Assembly (NCBI GenBank): GCA_030141605.1 | Contig: JAQGDQ010000407.1 | Location: 59,374-123,373, forward strand | Direction of reading: 5' to 3' | DNA: 64,000 nucleotides | DNA from: Tubiluchus corallicola | Taxonomy: Eukaryota; Animalia; Priapulida | Shown: piece after piece, positions 1 through 12,717 of the stretch | Numbering within the stretch: position 1 is the first letter of the stretch | Layout: each line of letters starts with the position of its first letter | The notes under the pieces: generated by a model | Told to the model about the DNA's origin: nothing | The model's database searches: none | What the model saw: the letters and a program-made list of their open reading frames with translations, nothing else | Made by a program: the position numbers and the translations under genes

Positions 1-1926
1 CAAAATTAGCTATCCATTTTTTTGTAATTGAGTAACCTATTATACTTTTGATGAAGATTAACAGCGCGCTACTTTTCTTGAAAACGAATGACGTCATTGG
101 AAGAATGGGCGTAGAAATTGGGAAGTGATCGCAGCTTTACAGTGATTTTACTAATTACACGAGGCGCTTATTGCAGTTTTATTACTAAATTCTTCTAACA
201 TTTTTCATGAACAATGAAATACGCCTAACCTCCTAGAAGGCTTGGCCTTTCCTTTAAGGTTAAAATAGTAAACGCTTTAAACCAAGCTAAGCACTTCATA
301 ATAGATCTATTGAAACCAAAGTCAAGATGTGCAATTGCAGTTGGCAATTATTCAAAATTAACAGAAGTAATGGAGCAGCCAGAAAAATGTCAGATAACTA
401 CATTTACGTAGTTTATCAAAACTTATACAGGCTTGCGTGAATTATAGATTCACTCATATTACACTGCCAATATTTGCTAATTCATTTAACTTAAAGGGTA
501 TTTTATCATCATCCTTGCACGTTGGCATCGCGTGCAGTTGTAATCACATTGCAGACGAAGTAGGGCTGCGTTTGATAACGAGAAAGAAATTAGATAATCT
601 CAAAAAAACAGCAAAATATACATAAAAGGCAATATCTGTTTACAAAAAAAGAAAAGGTGTTTTTAAATAAAAGAAATTAACCACTAGTAAAAGAAAAAAT
701 GCACGATCACGTGTAGGCATCAGTGAAGCTATTTTTGTTGGCGTGTTTGGTTTATCGACTTATGTCGTATCAAAGCTCGTAATGACTGAACGAAATTACA
801 ATTTTATCGAACAGGCAACTCGCCTGGTGAAGCTTATTTGCAGCAATTCAACTAAATCGCCTCATCCTGAGGCAAGAACTCGTAAATCTTTATCATTATG
901 CGAGTTGGCGGTGACAAGTTTTTAATGTTTAAACTCTCTTCGAGCGGTGTGAGCTGAGCTTGCACAGATTCATGTAGCTGCTTGCACACAAATACACAAG
1001 TAGTGCTGATGAGCCACTGGCTTAAAATCAGTTTTTTAATATGCTTCAGCGCCTCCGGTAATGAATCTACTTGCTATCAGTAGTTGTGGCAGGGTCGGAA
1101 TCTAACAAGAGAGGAAATCGAAAAAAATTATGTCGCAAATGAACTTAAAGAGCATCAAGCTGAAAAATATAAAATCTGTACAACTCATTATGTATTTTTT
1201 ATATTTTTATTTAGCGAACTTGGTCGCTACACTGCATTACAAAAAAATACAATTCACAGATATATACAAAAAATAAACCCACCAATGAGTCATAAGCCTA
1301 ATCTAATTAATTTTGTTACATCCGTCTGTTTTAGTTTTATATAAGACGATCGGTAACGCTTTTTGACTTTGCAATTTTACAGTGAATGCATTTTAGCTTT
1401 TTTAAAAATAAAAATTATAATCATCTTGGAAGTGATCTTTGTAGATGGTCTCAAAAGTCGATATTTTGTGTTTTTTTTATTCCGTCTCAGAACATTTTAT
1501 AGTTTTATAATATTTCTTTAAGACAAAAAAATATTTGAAAATAAGTACATACGAACTCAATCTTTTTCCAATTTGTCTAGTCAAAGCAGGCAAAAATCAT
1601 AAAAGAACTGATGTGCTGGTAAGCTTCGTTACTTTCGCTAACTTATTCAAAGCACTTCTCTTAATGATTAACGCATTTCCAACATCAGCAATATTTCAAG
1701 TTAAATGTTTGCACATTAAGCTCTAATTGTCATTTCGGACGTCTTGGTTTTTTTGCATAAATTTTAGCGATCTTGACTGATGTAGCATTGTAGAAAAATT
1801 GCAGAGCGTTAAATCTGTTAACCTCCATACTTCCAAACGAAAGAAGGGTCAAAGAGCCCCAGTGGCAAGTCGGGTAACATGAGTAGTAAGAAATGGCATC
1901 AACTTGTTGAAAAGCTACTTTATTAA

Positions 1927-2383
1927 CCCTTTCAGTCCCAAATTAGTTTTCTAATAAGAAAAATTTTTTTGGCTCGGTACTTTTGTTCAGTATGTCCATC
2001 TTGTTTACACATAATAATTATTTTTTCTACCTGTGCCCACGTGCTAAATATAGCCTGTATCGCACAGGATACATTGGGATTCAATGGAAGCATAAAATGT
2101 GCTTCATTTTGCAACTGCTGATATTTTTTAAAGCATTTAAGACATTTAGTATGCATGCTATGCTGATCTGTACTAAGTCGTCTCTAATGTACTGTACCAT
2201 GCACAGTTTTTGTGCTATGTATATTTTCTAGTTTGCCATTTTATCACCATTTTTAGTCTATTGCTATTGGCTCAAATCAAAATAACTATTAACAGATCAA
2301 ATAACTGTCAGTTTTAAAATTTTATTAATTTTAAAGGCAGAAAATATTCTCGTATCCCACGGGATACCACGGGTATGAAAGGG
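1927..2383. mobile_element. piggyBac-like non-autonomous element (MITE)
   Basis: TTAA at 1923-1926 and 2384-2387 flank inverted termini CCCTTTCAGTCCC / GGGTATGAAAGGG (11/13 match); no transposase ORF. Confidence 0.75.
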
Positions 2384-4030
2384 TTAATAGTGAGAGAATA
2401 GCGTGATCCATACACTGTTCTGAATTTCCACTGCACTTTTGTTACTGACACAAGGACCTCTTACCAGGTTGACATTTCGAGCCTCATTTTCAATGTTAGT
2501 ATCGTCGCCATAGTTACGAAGTTTTAGATAAAATTTGAAATTTCCAAAGGCTGCTAAAAAGAAAACTGGATCCCAACGTGTACACCCTGTATATCGTAAT
2601 CTTATACTGAGCAACATTTTTGTTTTCATTGAGCCTCTGGAAAAACATTCAAATCTTAGTATTTAATCTTAAATTTTTTATTTTGAGAATCTTAGCTGTT
2701 AAAATTACTCAGTCTAAATTGCTTGTAACTACCCTTACTTTAATTAAATTAAGCAATTTGGATTACTGAGTACCTGTGTACTAGCTTTTGTTCTGTAGCA
2801 AAAGTTTTTTACTAATTTCTTGGTGTAAATATAAAAAACTGTTGGCAAATATTAAACACTGATGCACACACAAAAAATGATCTCAAGTAACTGTATTCTG
2901 TGTTGCGTTTAAAAAACGGAGAGTTAATATTTTAGTTACTTAACGCCCATCTTGTTTATTCGAAGTTTCTTGAGCTTGAAGGACGCTACCAATTACAAAG
3001 TGAAAGTTGGGCTTGTTTACCTTGAATTAGTCTTAGAATTACACAAAAAAGGTGGGTCGTGCTTATAGGATTATATCCGCATCAAAGCGTCTAAAATGAC
3101 AACAACAACAACAACGGGAACTGGGGCGGTTTCAGGAACGGGTCCCCCACAATAACATAGAACAATTTTCATGTCTTTACATAATTTGTGAAATGAAAAG
3201 CAACCACTCTTACGATTCATCGTAATTAAACACGGATAGACAGTCTCGCTTCTTGTAAGTGCTCAGCTTTTGGCCATGATAATTTATTTTTTTTTGACTG
3301 TCTAAGAATTATGCTTGTGTTATGAAATATATTTCAGTTGCCATTGTTCTTATGTATCCGTTGTCAGATTTTTATTTTCAGTTCTTGTTTGATTTTTTTT
3401 ATTATGCACTTATTATTACTGCGTATGAATTGTATTAACACGTTGTAAGCATATCAATTTAATGTCATTCGTAACAATTAAATTTTTATTATAAGCAGTA
3501 CTAACACTAATACACTGTAGCATAGCGCTTATAAAAATGTTCATGACTAACCAAAGGGCAGCTGACTAGATGACCAATTGGTCTTTTGCTGCCCTTTCTT
3601 CACATTTGTGTTTCCAAATTAAATGTATTATAACTGTGCGTGTGTTGCAAGATAAATAAAAAAAGAAGTTCTGAAAGGTACGCAAAATCGAGAAAAACTT
3701 TTTTCGCCTTCATAAGGTTTTAATGTCCAAATGGTGACGAAGAATGTGTAAGTCATAATCAAAATAAAGCCCTTTCCCAAGTTAGATTGGAAGGCCTTTG
3801 TATTTTGTTGCTGAATTTTAAAATGATTTAAAGTTCCAATAGCAAAATGTGTTTAGATAAAGCTTATAGAATAAAGTAGTATAGTAAGCAATTAGTCCGA
3901 AGATCTATAACTGAATTAGTTTATTGGCCGTCTCTGAACAAGTCTTTAAAAATTCAGAACGTATAGTTCTTGAATGTGGGGTATCTGAATACACATTATA
4001 ATTAGCCGTTTATGTGAGTCGGCCACCAAT

Positions 4031-4171
4031 TTTTAGATGAAAAAAATCGTCGAGGCACAAAAAGTTTCAAGGTCGCTAGAGCGGTATAAAAACTGCGCTC
4101 GGACATTGGTCCATTGCCAATCGTTTAACACTGCAGGACCATAGGTCATCCAGCAATATCCATCAAATAAG
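4031..4171 (+). promoter_or_regulatory. Core promoter and non-coding exon 1 of Gly-rich gene A
   Basis: TTTTAGATGAA (4031), TCAAGGTCG (4067-4075), TATAAAA (4085-4091), TTGCCAATCGTTTAACACTGCAGGA (4114-), donor AAG|GTAAGA at 4172. Motifs and spacing are mirrored upstream of paralog B. Confidence 0.75.
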
Positions 4172-4369
4172 GTAAGAGTGAATGTTTTGCTTTCTGTTTG
4201 TTTGTACTTTTTTATTGGGTGGTGTATTAAAGCATAATGACGCAAGACATTGACGTTTTTCAGGCTTTCCTTTTTTGTGCTGTTTCTACCGGGTGGCGTA
4301 GAAAAAATGTTCGAATATTAGACTACAATAATATTAGAAGCAAGTGCTCTACAAAATTGAAGTTTCGCA

Positions 4370-4403
<34 letters not shown>

Positions 4404-5382
4404 TTACAATACATTAATTCTTGACTGCGTACGCGTTTATATTGCTTAAGTAGTTTTTACATTATGGTTAAAAAAATTGCATGTCAAAAATTGAAATTTC
4501 AGCTAATTGCCAGCTGAAAAACAGCCATGTTGACAAATAAAGTACTCAATACATGACAGCAAAACTATAAAGAAATGAATCACTTTACATGATGGCCTTC
4601 ACCACAAAAGACATTTGTATAAAGACCTGTTGCCAAGAAAAAATGGGAATTAATCCTATTTACGGTATCGGGAAAAATGTGTAATGGCCTCACAGATCTA
4701 TCTGGTGCAAAATAACTAAAGGTTTAAAATTGTTGAGTACTGAGACCAAATACACTTTAAGGAAATGAGAAACTGTGTTAGTTGTTGGAAGAAACGCCAT
4801 CGTCTAGTTTACAGTAAAAATGGTGTAAATTTTAGCAACAGTTGCAAAATTTTATTCGGCATTTAGTCTTGTGACTCGTTTTGATTTAAATCTTCTGTAT
4901 CTTTTTCTTCTGATACAGTATCTAACTTTCTTCTGTATCTAACTGACACGTTAAACGTTAAAGTTTTTTGGTTACATAAACGTCTGTAACGTAGTGTGAT
5001 AATTTCCAAACGGTTCCATTGTTTGCCGCTCATCGTTATCAAAACTTCAGCACATTTTTTGCGCCACCAGATATATAAAAAAGTAAGAAATGTCTATCGT
5101 CTTGCAGGCTTTGCAGTTGAATGTACTAGAATAACTCCTGCTAAAAAATAGTTTAAATCAGTTTAATACTAAAAAATGTTTAAGGCTGATTTTAACTGTA
5201 AGACTTGCATGGCTGAGTGTAAATTAGTTATTTTGCTGTACTTTTAAAAATAATTCCAATCTCCCTTGATGCCATGCCAAATGATAGGCACTGTGTACTA
5301 AACAGTTACTGTGTGAACTATGTAACGCTCGCTCATACATGTGAGACCGGTTTGACAAAGACGTCACTTTGTGACATCATTA

Positions 5383-5872
5383 TTATTATTATTCCCAGCT
5401 TTTCCCTATTCGGGGTCGCCGTTGTGAATGAGTCTTCTCCGCGCATTCCTGTTGTTGACCATCTCTTCATTTATGTCTTCAATTCCCACATGATCTTCAC
5501 CGACTCTTCTTTTCAGGTGTCCATACCATCGCAATCTCGCGAGGCTTCCACTACTTTTACTGTTCCTCTGATATTAGTATTTCTAATTTTATCTCTTCTT
5601 GTTATTCCCACCATCCATCTCATCATCCTCATCTCCACCACTCCCATTTTCTTCTCTTCGGTCTTCTTTAGAGAAGCTGCTTCCAGCCCATAGATTAGAG
5701 CGGGTCTGATCACTTCCATGTGGAATTTCCCTTTAAGTCTCACCGACTCATTCATAGAAGGTTTTGGCGCAGTTTTTACAGGCGGATGCCCTTCCTAACC
5801 CTCCCTATATATCCGGGCTTGGGACCGGCACTGAGTTGGGCTGGCTTGCCCCCCCCCCCAGTGGCTAGGTTA
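5383..5872 (-). mobile_element. Internally deleted (bipartite) RTE-clade non-LTR retroelement
   Basis: ORF remnant ...VIRPALIYGLEA...EMRMMRWMVGITRRDKIRNTNIR resembles the RTE ORF C-terminus; RTE-like 5' segment (CAGTGCCGGTCCCAAGCCCGG...GGAAGGGCATCCG); (TAA)n tail; 12-bp TSD GTGACATCATTA at 5371-5382 and 5873-5884. Confidence 0.8.
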
Positions 5873-6152
5873 GTGACATCATTAAGTTCACTTAATTATT
5901 AATAACGACGTCGTTAAGTTAGTGACGGCTTTCTGAAACTGGGCCCTGAGCTCAACAACGCCTGAGTTCATGGTAATTTATAAGAGCGAATGCTTTAATA
6001 CATTTCTTGTAATACAAGATTGAAAAAAAGAAGGAAAAACAGCGAGTTTAATTTAAAAGAATTGAATTTTTACAAAATTAGTGTTTCTCAGACTGCGATG
6101 TTTATGTCAGCTGAACGTAATTAATGTACCTTTTTAATGTTCTGTACACAGG

Positions 6153-7079
6153 ATGGCAACCATTCGAGTGTTGATATTGTTGGGTTGTGCTGTCAGCGTT
6201 CTGTGCGACGCTTATGGAAAAGAAGGTATATTAGGAGTGCAGGCTGGTTACGGAGGTGGTAGATCCAGCAGTGGATTTAGCACACGTGGAGGTGGAGCCA
6301 TAAACCGGGTCGTACAAATCTCCAGTGGAGGTGGTGGAGGTGCCGCCGGCAGTGGTGGTGGTGGTTTCCGCTTCAAATCCAGTGGTAGAGGAGGTGGTGC
6401 AGGTGCCGCCGGCGGTGGTGGTGGTGGTTTCCGCTTCACATCCAGTGGTAGAGGAGGTGGTGCTGGCGCAGCGATTGGAGGCGGTGGCTTTCGACTTACA
6501 TCTGGTGGTGGAGGAACTGCCGGGGGTGGTTTTCGCACTACCTCTGGTAGCAGCAGTTTCACGTCGGGAGGCTCGGCACAATCTGCTTTCAGGGGAGCCG
6601 GTCTCCAAGGTTTTGGAAGTGGAGCAATAGACATCAACAACTTTGGCAACATTGATGCTTCAGCTTTTGGGTTTGATGCGTTTGGAAATCTTTACATCAA
6701 CGTCGAAGCTTTTGACTTCAACGCCTGGCGTAATGCGGCTGCTGCTTTGGCTCCCAGAGAAGCCCTGACAGGAGCTCAACAGGAACAAGTTGTCATCGGA
6801 TCTCGATTCCGTTCCGGATATGCTAGACAGCACGAATCCAGCTCATCTGAGCGATCCGGATCAGGATCCGGTGAAGCTGGAATTGAACTCAGTGCTTCCC
6901 GCACGGCCAGCCAGGACGCCACACAGCAGTACACCCAGACAGCAAGCGGTGAAGGAAAGACCGAACAAGGCGCCACCTATGGCTATCAGAGAACACCAAA
7001 TCTGCAATTCCAGAGTGTTAGATTGGAATCTCTGCCAGTTCACTCTGGCCCTCGCAGCCAACTTCCCGCTAGAGGATAA
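6153..7079 (+). CDS. Secreted glycine/serine-rich protein A (308 aa), probable extracellular structural protein
   Basis: Hydrophobic signal peptide MATIRVLILLGCAVSVLCDA; Gly-rich repeats (SSGRGGGAGAAGGGGGGFRF x~3); C-terminal domain nearly identical to paralog B; acceptor CAG|G immediately before ATG; AATAAA at 7342-7347. Confidence 0.9.
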   Translation: MATIRVLILLGCAVSVLCDAYGKEGILGVQAGYGGGRSSSGFSTRGGGAINRVVQISSGGGGGAAGSGGGGFRFKSSGRGGGAGAAGGGGGGFRFTSSGRGGGAGAAIGGGGFRLTSGGGGTAGGGFRTTSGSSSFTSGGSAQSAFRGAGLQGFGSGAIDINNFGNIDASAFGFDAFGNLYINVEAFDFNAWRNAAAALAPREALTGAQQEQVVIGSRFRSGYARQHESSSSERSGSGSGEAGIELSASRTASQDATQQYTQTASGEGKTEQGATYGYQRTPNLQFQSVRLESLPVHSGPRSQLPARG

Positions 7080-9559
7080 GCACTGCGAGCCTTGCGAAAT
7101 TGCAATCCATACAGTATCATTTTTGAAAAAATCTTGAGTATTATTACTTCTGTCGGTATTAATAATTTTTAGTAAATCATACGTACCTGAGTGTACACAA
7201 TCTCGTATAAGTAACTTGAAAACATGCTTGAAAGTTAGCATATCTAATGTCATAAAAAGAAACGTATCATAAGCATGGTCCTGCAATGTTAAGCAATTGT
7301 GACAACCTCTAAGGCCAACGTGATAGTTTACTAATCTAGAAAATAAAGTACATAGTTGTTTGCGTGATAAAAGTTGTTCTGATTTTCACTTGGTATGCTT
7401 AAATTTCAGTTCAACGTGGTTTTGTTTTCTTCTCCAAGAACATACTAGCTAGTGCAAGTATGCATACGTTCACTATAATATAAATATAATATAAAGTCTA
7501 AAACAGCAAAATTAATAAAAAATAGTAGAAATGTAACATCTAGTGATAAGTTCACTTTCTTTAGAGAATCAGTGATCAACTGACCTCGATAGTTTATTAG
7601 CCATCGAAGATTGCAGTCAAAGTATTATACATTGCACTTCCTGCAGTAAAAATCGTTTATTTCAATTAAGAATAGATGAAACACTTCATAGAAGATTATA
7701 CATAATTCCATGTTTAAGCATAATTAAATTTATCCTGTCTGCTTTATCAAGGAATAAAAATGAAGATTCTAAAAAAGACTAAACTGACGTTCCAAATTTC
7801 ATAACCCCCCCCCCCCACACACACACACACACACACACTTTACTCTCCTTTTTTATGTTCAGTGTTTCTAAATATAAAATTTTGTGCATAACGCCATATT
7901 ATAGGCCTACATTGATAATGTGTAAGGAGTTCAACTCAAAGTAGTCGTACAATGACTTTCGTTGACCAGTCTTGCTAACCCGCTACCAAAAACTACAATA
8001 ACACAATTATTACTATTTTACATGAAATTTTCAAATAATATGTTTAACTATTCGTCATATAATTTTGAATAAAACAAACAGTCACTGTTTACAATGCCAC
8101 TCACAAGAGCATTGCTGGAAATTAAAACTCTAGTTCTGACAGAATATGCAGCTTTACGTAATAATACGTCAAAATATGCTATACCAGGATTTACAACCTA
8201 CTTCAAGCAGAATCATCATATGGCTGGTTAAAGACTGTACATTAGCCAGCGATTTAGGTTTCAAAGAGAAAAATTTTGTGCCGTGATTTTATTGTGATCT
8301 GGTGGGCAACAGTTCGTGTGTAATGTTGGAATATAATATGGCTGAACAAAGACTGCTCATCAACGTTGAATTTCCATGTATGTTGGCGGCCATTAGGCCT
8401 ACAGTAGTGAAATCGGCCTACTGCTTAGCGATGTCTTTGTTGAAGTAGATTTATGGACAATGTCTACGATGACTTCGACGACCAAATTGCTTAAATTTAA
8501 TAATCCAGTTGAATTCATTAAACTGGAACAAGTGCTTTTTTGGAGTTTAAAACGTTTTAACTTACTTAAACGTAAGTTTATAACTCGCAGGGGTGCTAGA
8601 AGCGGACACAAGTCTCGGACCTTGTCTCCTTGCGGTTTCATGTTCATTTGGCGCTACAGACGGTTGTAATCATGGGAATATTTACAATATTGGTTCTCGT
8701 ATTAGCAACAGATTCAGTTCCGGCTTTTCTAGCACTCTGCTAGAACATCATTGTACAACAGGGTTACACGTGGAGCCAACTTTGACAACCTTGTTCCTGT
8801 TCTCATAATTCTTTTATTGGCTTTTGACAAGATGAGATATCCATTAATTCCGCTACTAAATTATTGGTTGAAGTTACATGACTATACACGGAAATAGTTT
8901 TTAGTCATATAGAAATATTCAATAAAAAAGACAATTTTTTATAAGCTAATATTCAGAAAACCGACCTAGAGTTAAAATTGGCTGAACCTGGTTAGTTTTT
9001 TGCAAAAGCACCAAGAATGAAATTACTTGACAAAATGAGGTCATTTATTAAAATGACAATATAGTAAGGCAGAAAAGGTGGGACACAAACAAATACCGCC
9101 CTACATAATACGTGACTGTACTAATCACAGTATTGCTTGCGTTTATGATGATAAACATAATAAAGCATGGTTTGCAATAGTACAATACATTACAAGATTG
9201 TCCCAAACGGCCTAGTAAAGCAGTTTCAACAATATATAGTGGTGCATTAGATATAAAAATTCCAAACCACAGAAAAAACACTACAATGTTAAAAGTACCT
9301 AAAGCTAAAGTTCATACAAAAATTACATTCCTACTTTAATAGTGGGTGGAAAGAGGGTGGGTTTTCACATCCAGCAACAGCAGGCAATTGGGTGATTTTC
9401 GACAAGACGACGGATGTCATTTATTGATTGGTCGGCTAGAAACAATGCGCGCGACACTGTTTCCCATGCTTACGAACATTCCTAATGTCATTAAGCACAC
9501 AGTGCCATCAAAATTATTACATCATACTGTATTAAATTGTTATGTTTCATACACTATCG

Positions 9560-10703
9560 TTATCATAATTGTACTGCAGTGGGCTAGACAAGCAAAGGCT
9601 TGTATAAGCCCACTGTCATGTGAACCCGATAAAAAAGAATGGATGAGTGAACAAAAAAAAGAACTGGGAGAAAGGTTAGATCACGCAGGAAGGGTAGAAG
9701 GATGTGTTAGTGGAAATGGTAGGAAGAAAGATAATAGATTGTGCTATGTTGACATCAATGATGCCTTGTTTTGCATAATCTGTACCAGGATTGTGGTATG
9801 ACTCATGCAGTAGGTGTAGGATATTAGGAAGTGTTGTACTTGTTGAGAATCATTGCTCTGTATTTCTTTTTAAATTTTTGAATTGGCTGAACAGTTTTTA
9901 ACTCATCATTTATATCATTCCAAAGCATTGGACCAACATTTGCAATGAATTGCCGTGCCATGTCTGTTCTACAGAAATTTACGACAAACTCATTCATTCT
10001 GGTTGCGTAACGCCGATTATTTGGTTGCACTGGATTATTAAAGAACGTTGGAAAGAGATGATATTTAATTTTATACATGTATGTAGCTGTATTCATGTGT
10101 ATTAAATCGTCAATAGTTAAAATTTTATTAGTTGTAAAACATGTTAAACTAAGATGTTCTCTTTTTCTAAGATTACAGGTGATTTCTTTGGATAACCCAT
10201 AATCTATTTATATTAGTTGTATATGTGTGTCCCCAAAGGAGACAACAGTATGTGAGGTATGGTAATATTAAAAAATTGTATAAGGTTATTAGATGTAAAT
10301 TAATAATATCTAATAATAGATATATTATTAATTAATAATAGTCATACATATCACACCTATACTTTTTGAAATTTTACTTTTGATCATGTCTATGTGCGGC
10401 TGCCAATTCATATGTTCATTTAGAATGATTCCCAAAAATTTCATTTCCTGTATGATTTCAATTGGGGAATTATTGATTTTAATATCAGCATTATTAATTT
10501 GAATTTTCTTGTGTCTTGCTCTAAAAATGATACATTTAGTTTTTGTAGAATTTAATGAACTTATTCGTTTTGAACCAAATAGCAATATTTTGTAATTCAC
10601 GGTTGATATATATTAAATTATCAGCCTTGTTTAATTCAAAGAATATGCTCGTATCATCTGCAAACTGGAACAGATTTGGACTATCTAAAGAATATTTTAT
10701 GTC

Positions 10704-10737
<34 letters not shown>

Positions 10738-12690
10738 CAGTGGACTTAATCACACATAAAAATGAGCTTTGTGGTACCCCATGGGTTATAGAAGCTTCAT
10801 TTGAAAATACATTATCATGTCGAACCACGTGTTCTCCCATGAAGATAGCTAGATATCCATGCGTTTGCTACCCCTCTAAGACGTAATGATGTAGTTTTGC
10901 AAGAAGTATTTTATGATTATCTGTGTCAAAGGCCTTAGAGACCACAAAATATCCCTACTGCTATTTTATTTTGTTCAATGCATTTAGTTATACTCTCTAC
11001 AATGTTTATCAAATCCAATTCGGTTGAGCTGTTTTTCCGAAAACCAAACTGCTTATTGTTTATTATGTTTTGATGATCCAAATACGATATTTTATTGTAA
11101 ACAACTTTTTCCAATATTTTTGAGAAAAACGGTAACAGCGAGATAGGTCTATAATTATTTATGTCCAGAGAACCCTTGGATTTGAAGATAGGGATAATAA
11201 TTGATCGTTTTAAGTACCAGTTTTAAGTGAATTATTAATTATGTGTGTCAAAGGGGTAATGATACTTTCCATTACATCTATAATAACTTTGGGGCGCAAA
11301 TTATCCCTAGCAGCTCCTTTATTTCGATCAAAAGACTTGCATATACTTATAATATCAGATTCCGTAACTGGCGTAAAGAAAAAGGTAGAAGGATAATTGC
11401 CTCTTAAATAAGTTTCATAGTTGATATTAACATTTTCTATATTATCAGCTAATTTTTGTAAAATCTGCGAAAAATGGTCATTAAAATGATTTACTATAGA
11501 TTTAGGATCTGTGATTAATTTATTATTAATTTTTAAACGAATTAAGGACTGTTCGCACATGGAATGCATAATTTCTTTCATAATTCCCTATGTTTTCTTT
11601 AAATTGGCTTTAACATTATTTAACTTATTTTGATAATAAGTCGATTAAGCATTTTTAATCATATTATATAATTTATTGCGATATTGTTTATAGTCGGTCC
11701 CAGCTGCGTCTGAGGTTTGTTTGATTAATGAATTATAGTTTTTATTTTTGCGCCTGATACTGGTTAATATGGCTGGAATTATCCAAAGATTTTTAATGAC
11801 ATTAGTTTTCTTGGAAGCATCAGTAGTTTTTATATTTTTAAAGTAGGCTTCGTTAAATTTATCCAGAAATAGATTGTAAGCTGCTTCAGCATCTGAAATA
11901 CTATATAATTCCTCCCAGTTGACTGATTCTATATCACTTATTAATTTATTTTTTACATGGTTATTGTATATTACTTTATCGATATTATTAGTTTGAGATT
12001 TTGCTATGTTTAAATCAATGATTAAGAAAATTGGTAAGTGATCGGTGACATCTACTAAGAGATTGCCAGCTCTATACTGATGCTGTATAACATTTGTTAG
12101 AATATTATCAATTAAGGTAGAGCTATATGCTGTAATTCGAGTAGGACAAGTAATAACTGGAAAAATATAGTTAGTAATAATAGTATCAAGAAACTCTGCT
12201 GTATCTTGATGCGAAGAGTGATTTAATAAGTTCAAATTGTAGTTCCATAACAAAAATAACTGCTTATTTTGTTTATTTATTATTGATAGTTTATTAGTTA
12301 ACTGTTCAATAAATGTTTGTGGGTTTTGCCCGGGTGGTCTGTAGATCACGCCGACTACTATGTTTTTGCCTTTAACTTTGTGAATTTCGATAAAAATGCT
12401 TTCAAGGTCAGAGTTGCTTGATGTTAAGTCGTTTCTCACTACAAACGGTATGTGTGATTTAATGAACAACCCTACACCACCCACCTTTTATTCTTCCTAT
12501 TTCTATTCACCAGGATATATCCGAGTAAATTAAACATTTTTTCTGTATCTTCATTTAACAATATTTCAGTTAACGCAATTAGTGAGAATTGAGTTTGTAA
12601 CATTTGCAGCACTACAGTTAAGTGGTCATAATTAGCAGATAAACTTCTTATATTCAGATGGATCATTGATGATTTACCTTATTATTATCA
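9560..12690 (-). mobile_element. Decayed CR1/L2-group (Crack-like) LINE, ORF2 (APE endonuclease + RT)
   Basis: Frameshifted segments HLNIRSL, GGVGLFIK, VGVIYRPP, PTRIT..STLIDNI, DHLPIF (endonuclease); NYRPISLLP, QFGFRK, GVPQ, FADDT, KFLGIIL, GPMLWN (RT and C-terminus); 3' stem-loop CAGTGGGCT...AGCCCACTG near 9577-9615; (TA)n insertion near 10710. The 3' boundary is approximate. Confidence 0.9.
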
Positions 12691-12717
12691 GTTTAGTCAA
12701 ACAACCACAGTCCTCTG

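Noticed and set aside
5074-5080. TATAAAA as promoter of gene A
   Set aside because: The TATA at 4085 has paralog-conserved flanking motifs and a strong donor; this one has neither and falls in the inferred intron.
6231-6652. Antisense and alternate-frame Pro-rich or Thr-rich ORFs over gene A (likewise 20083-20593 over gene B)
   Set aside because: Shadows of the GGN-rich coding repeats.
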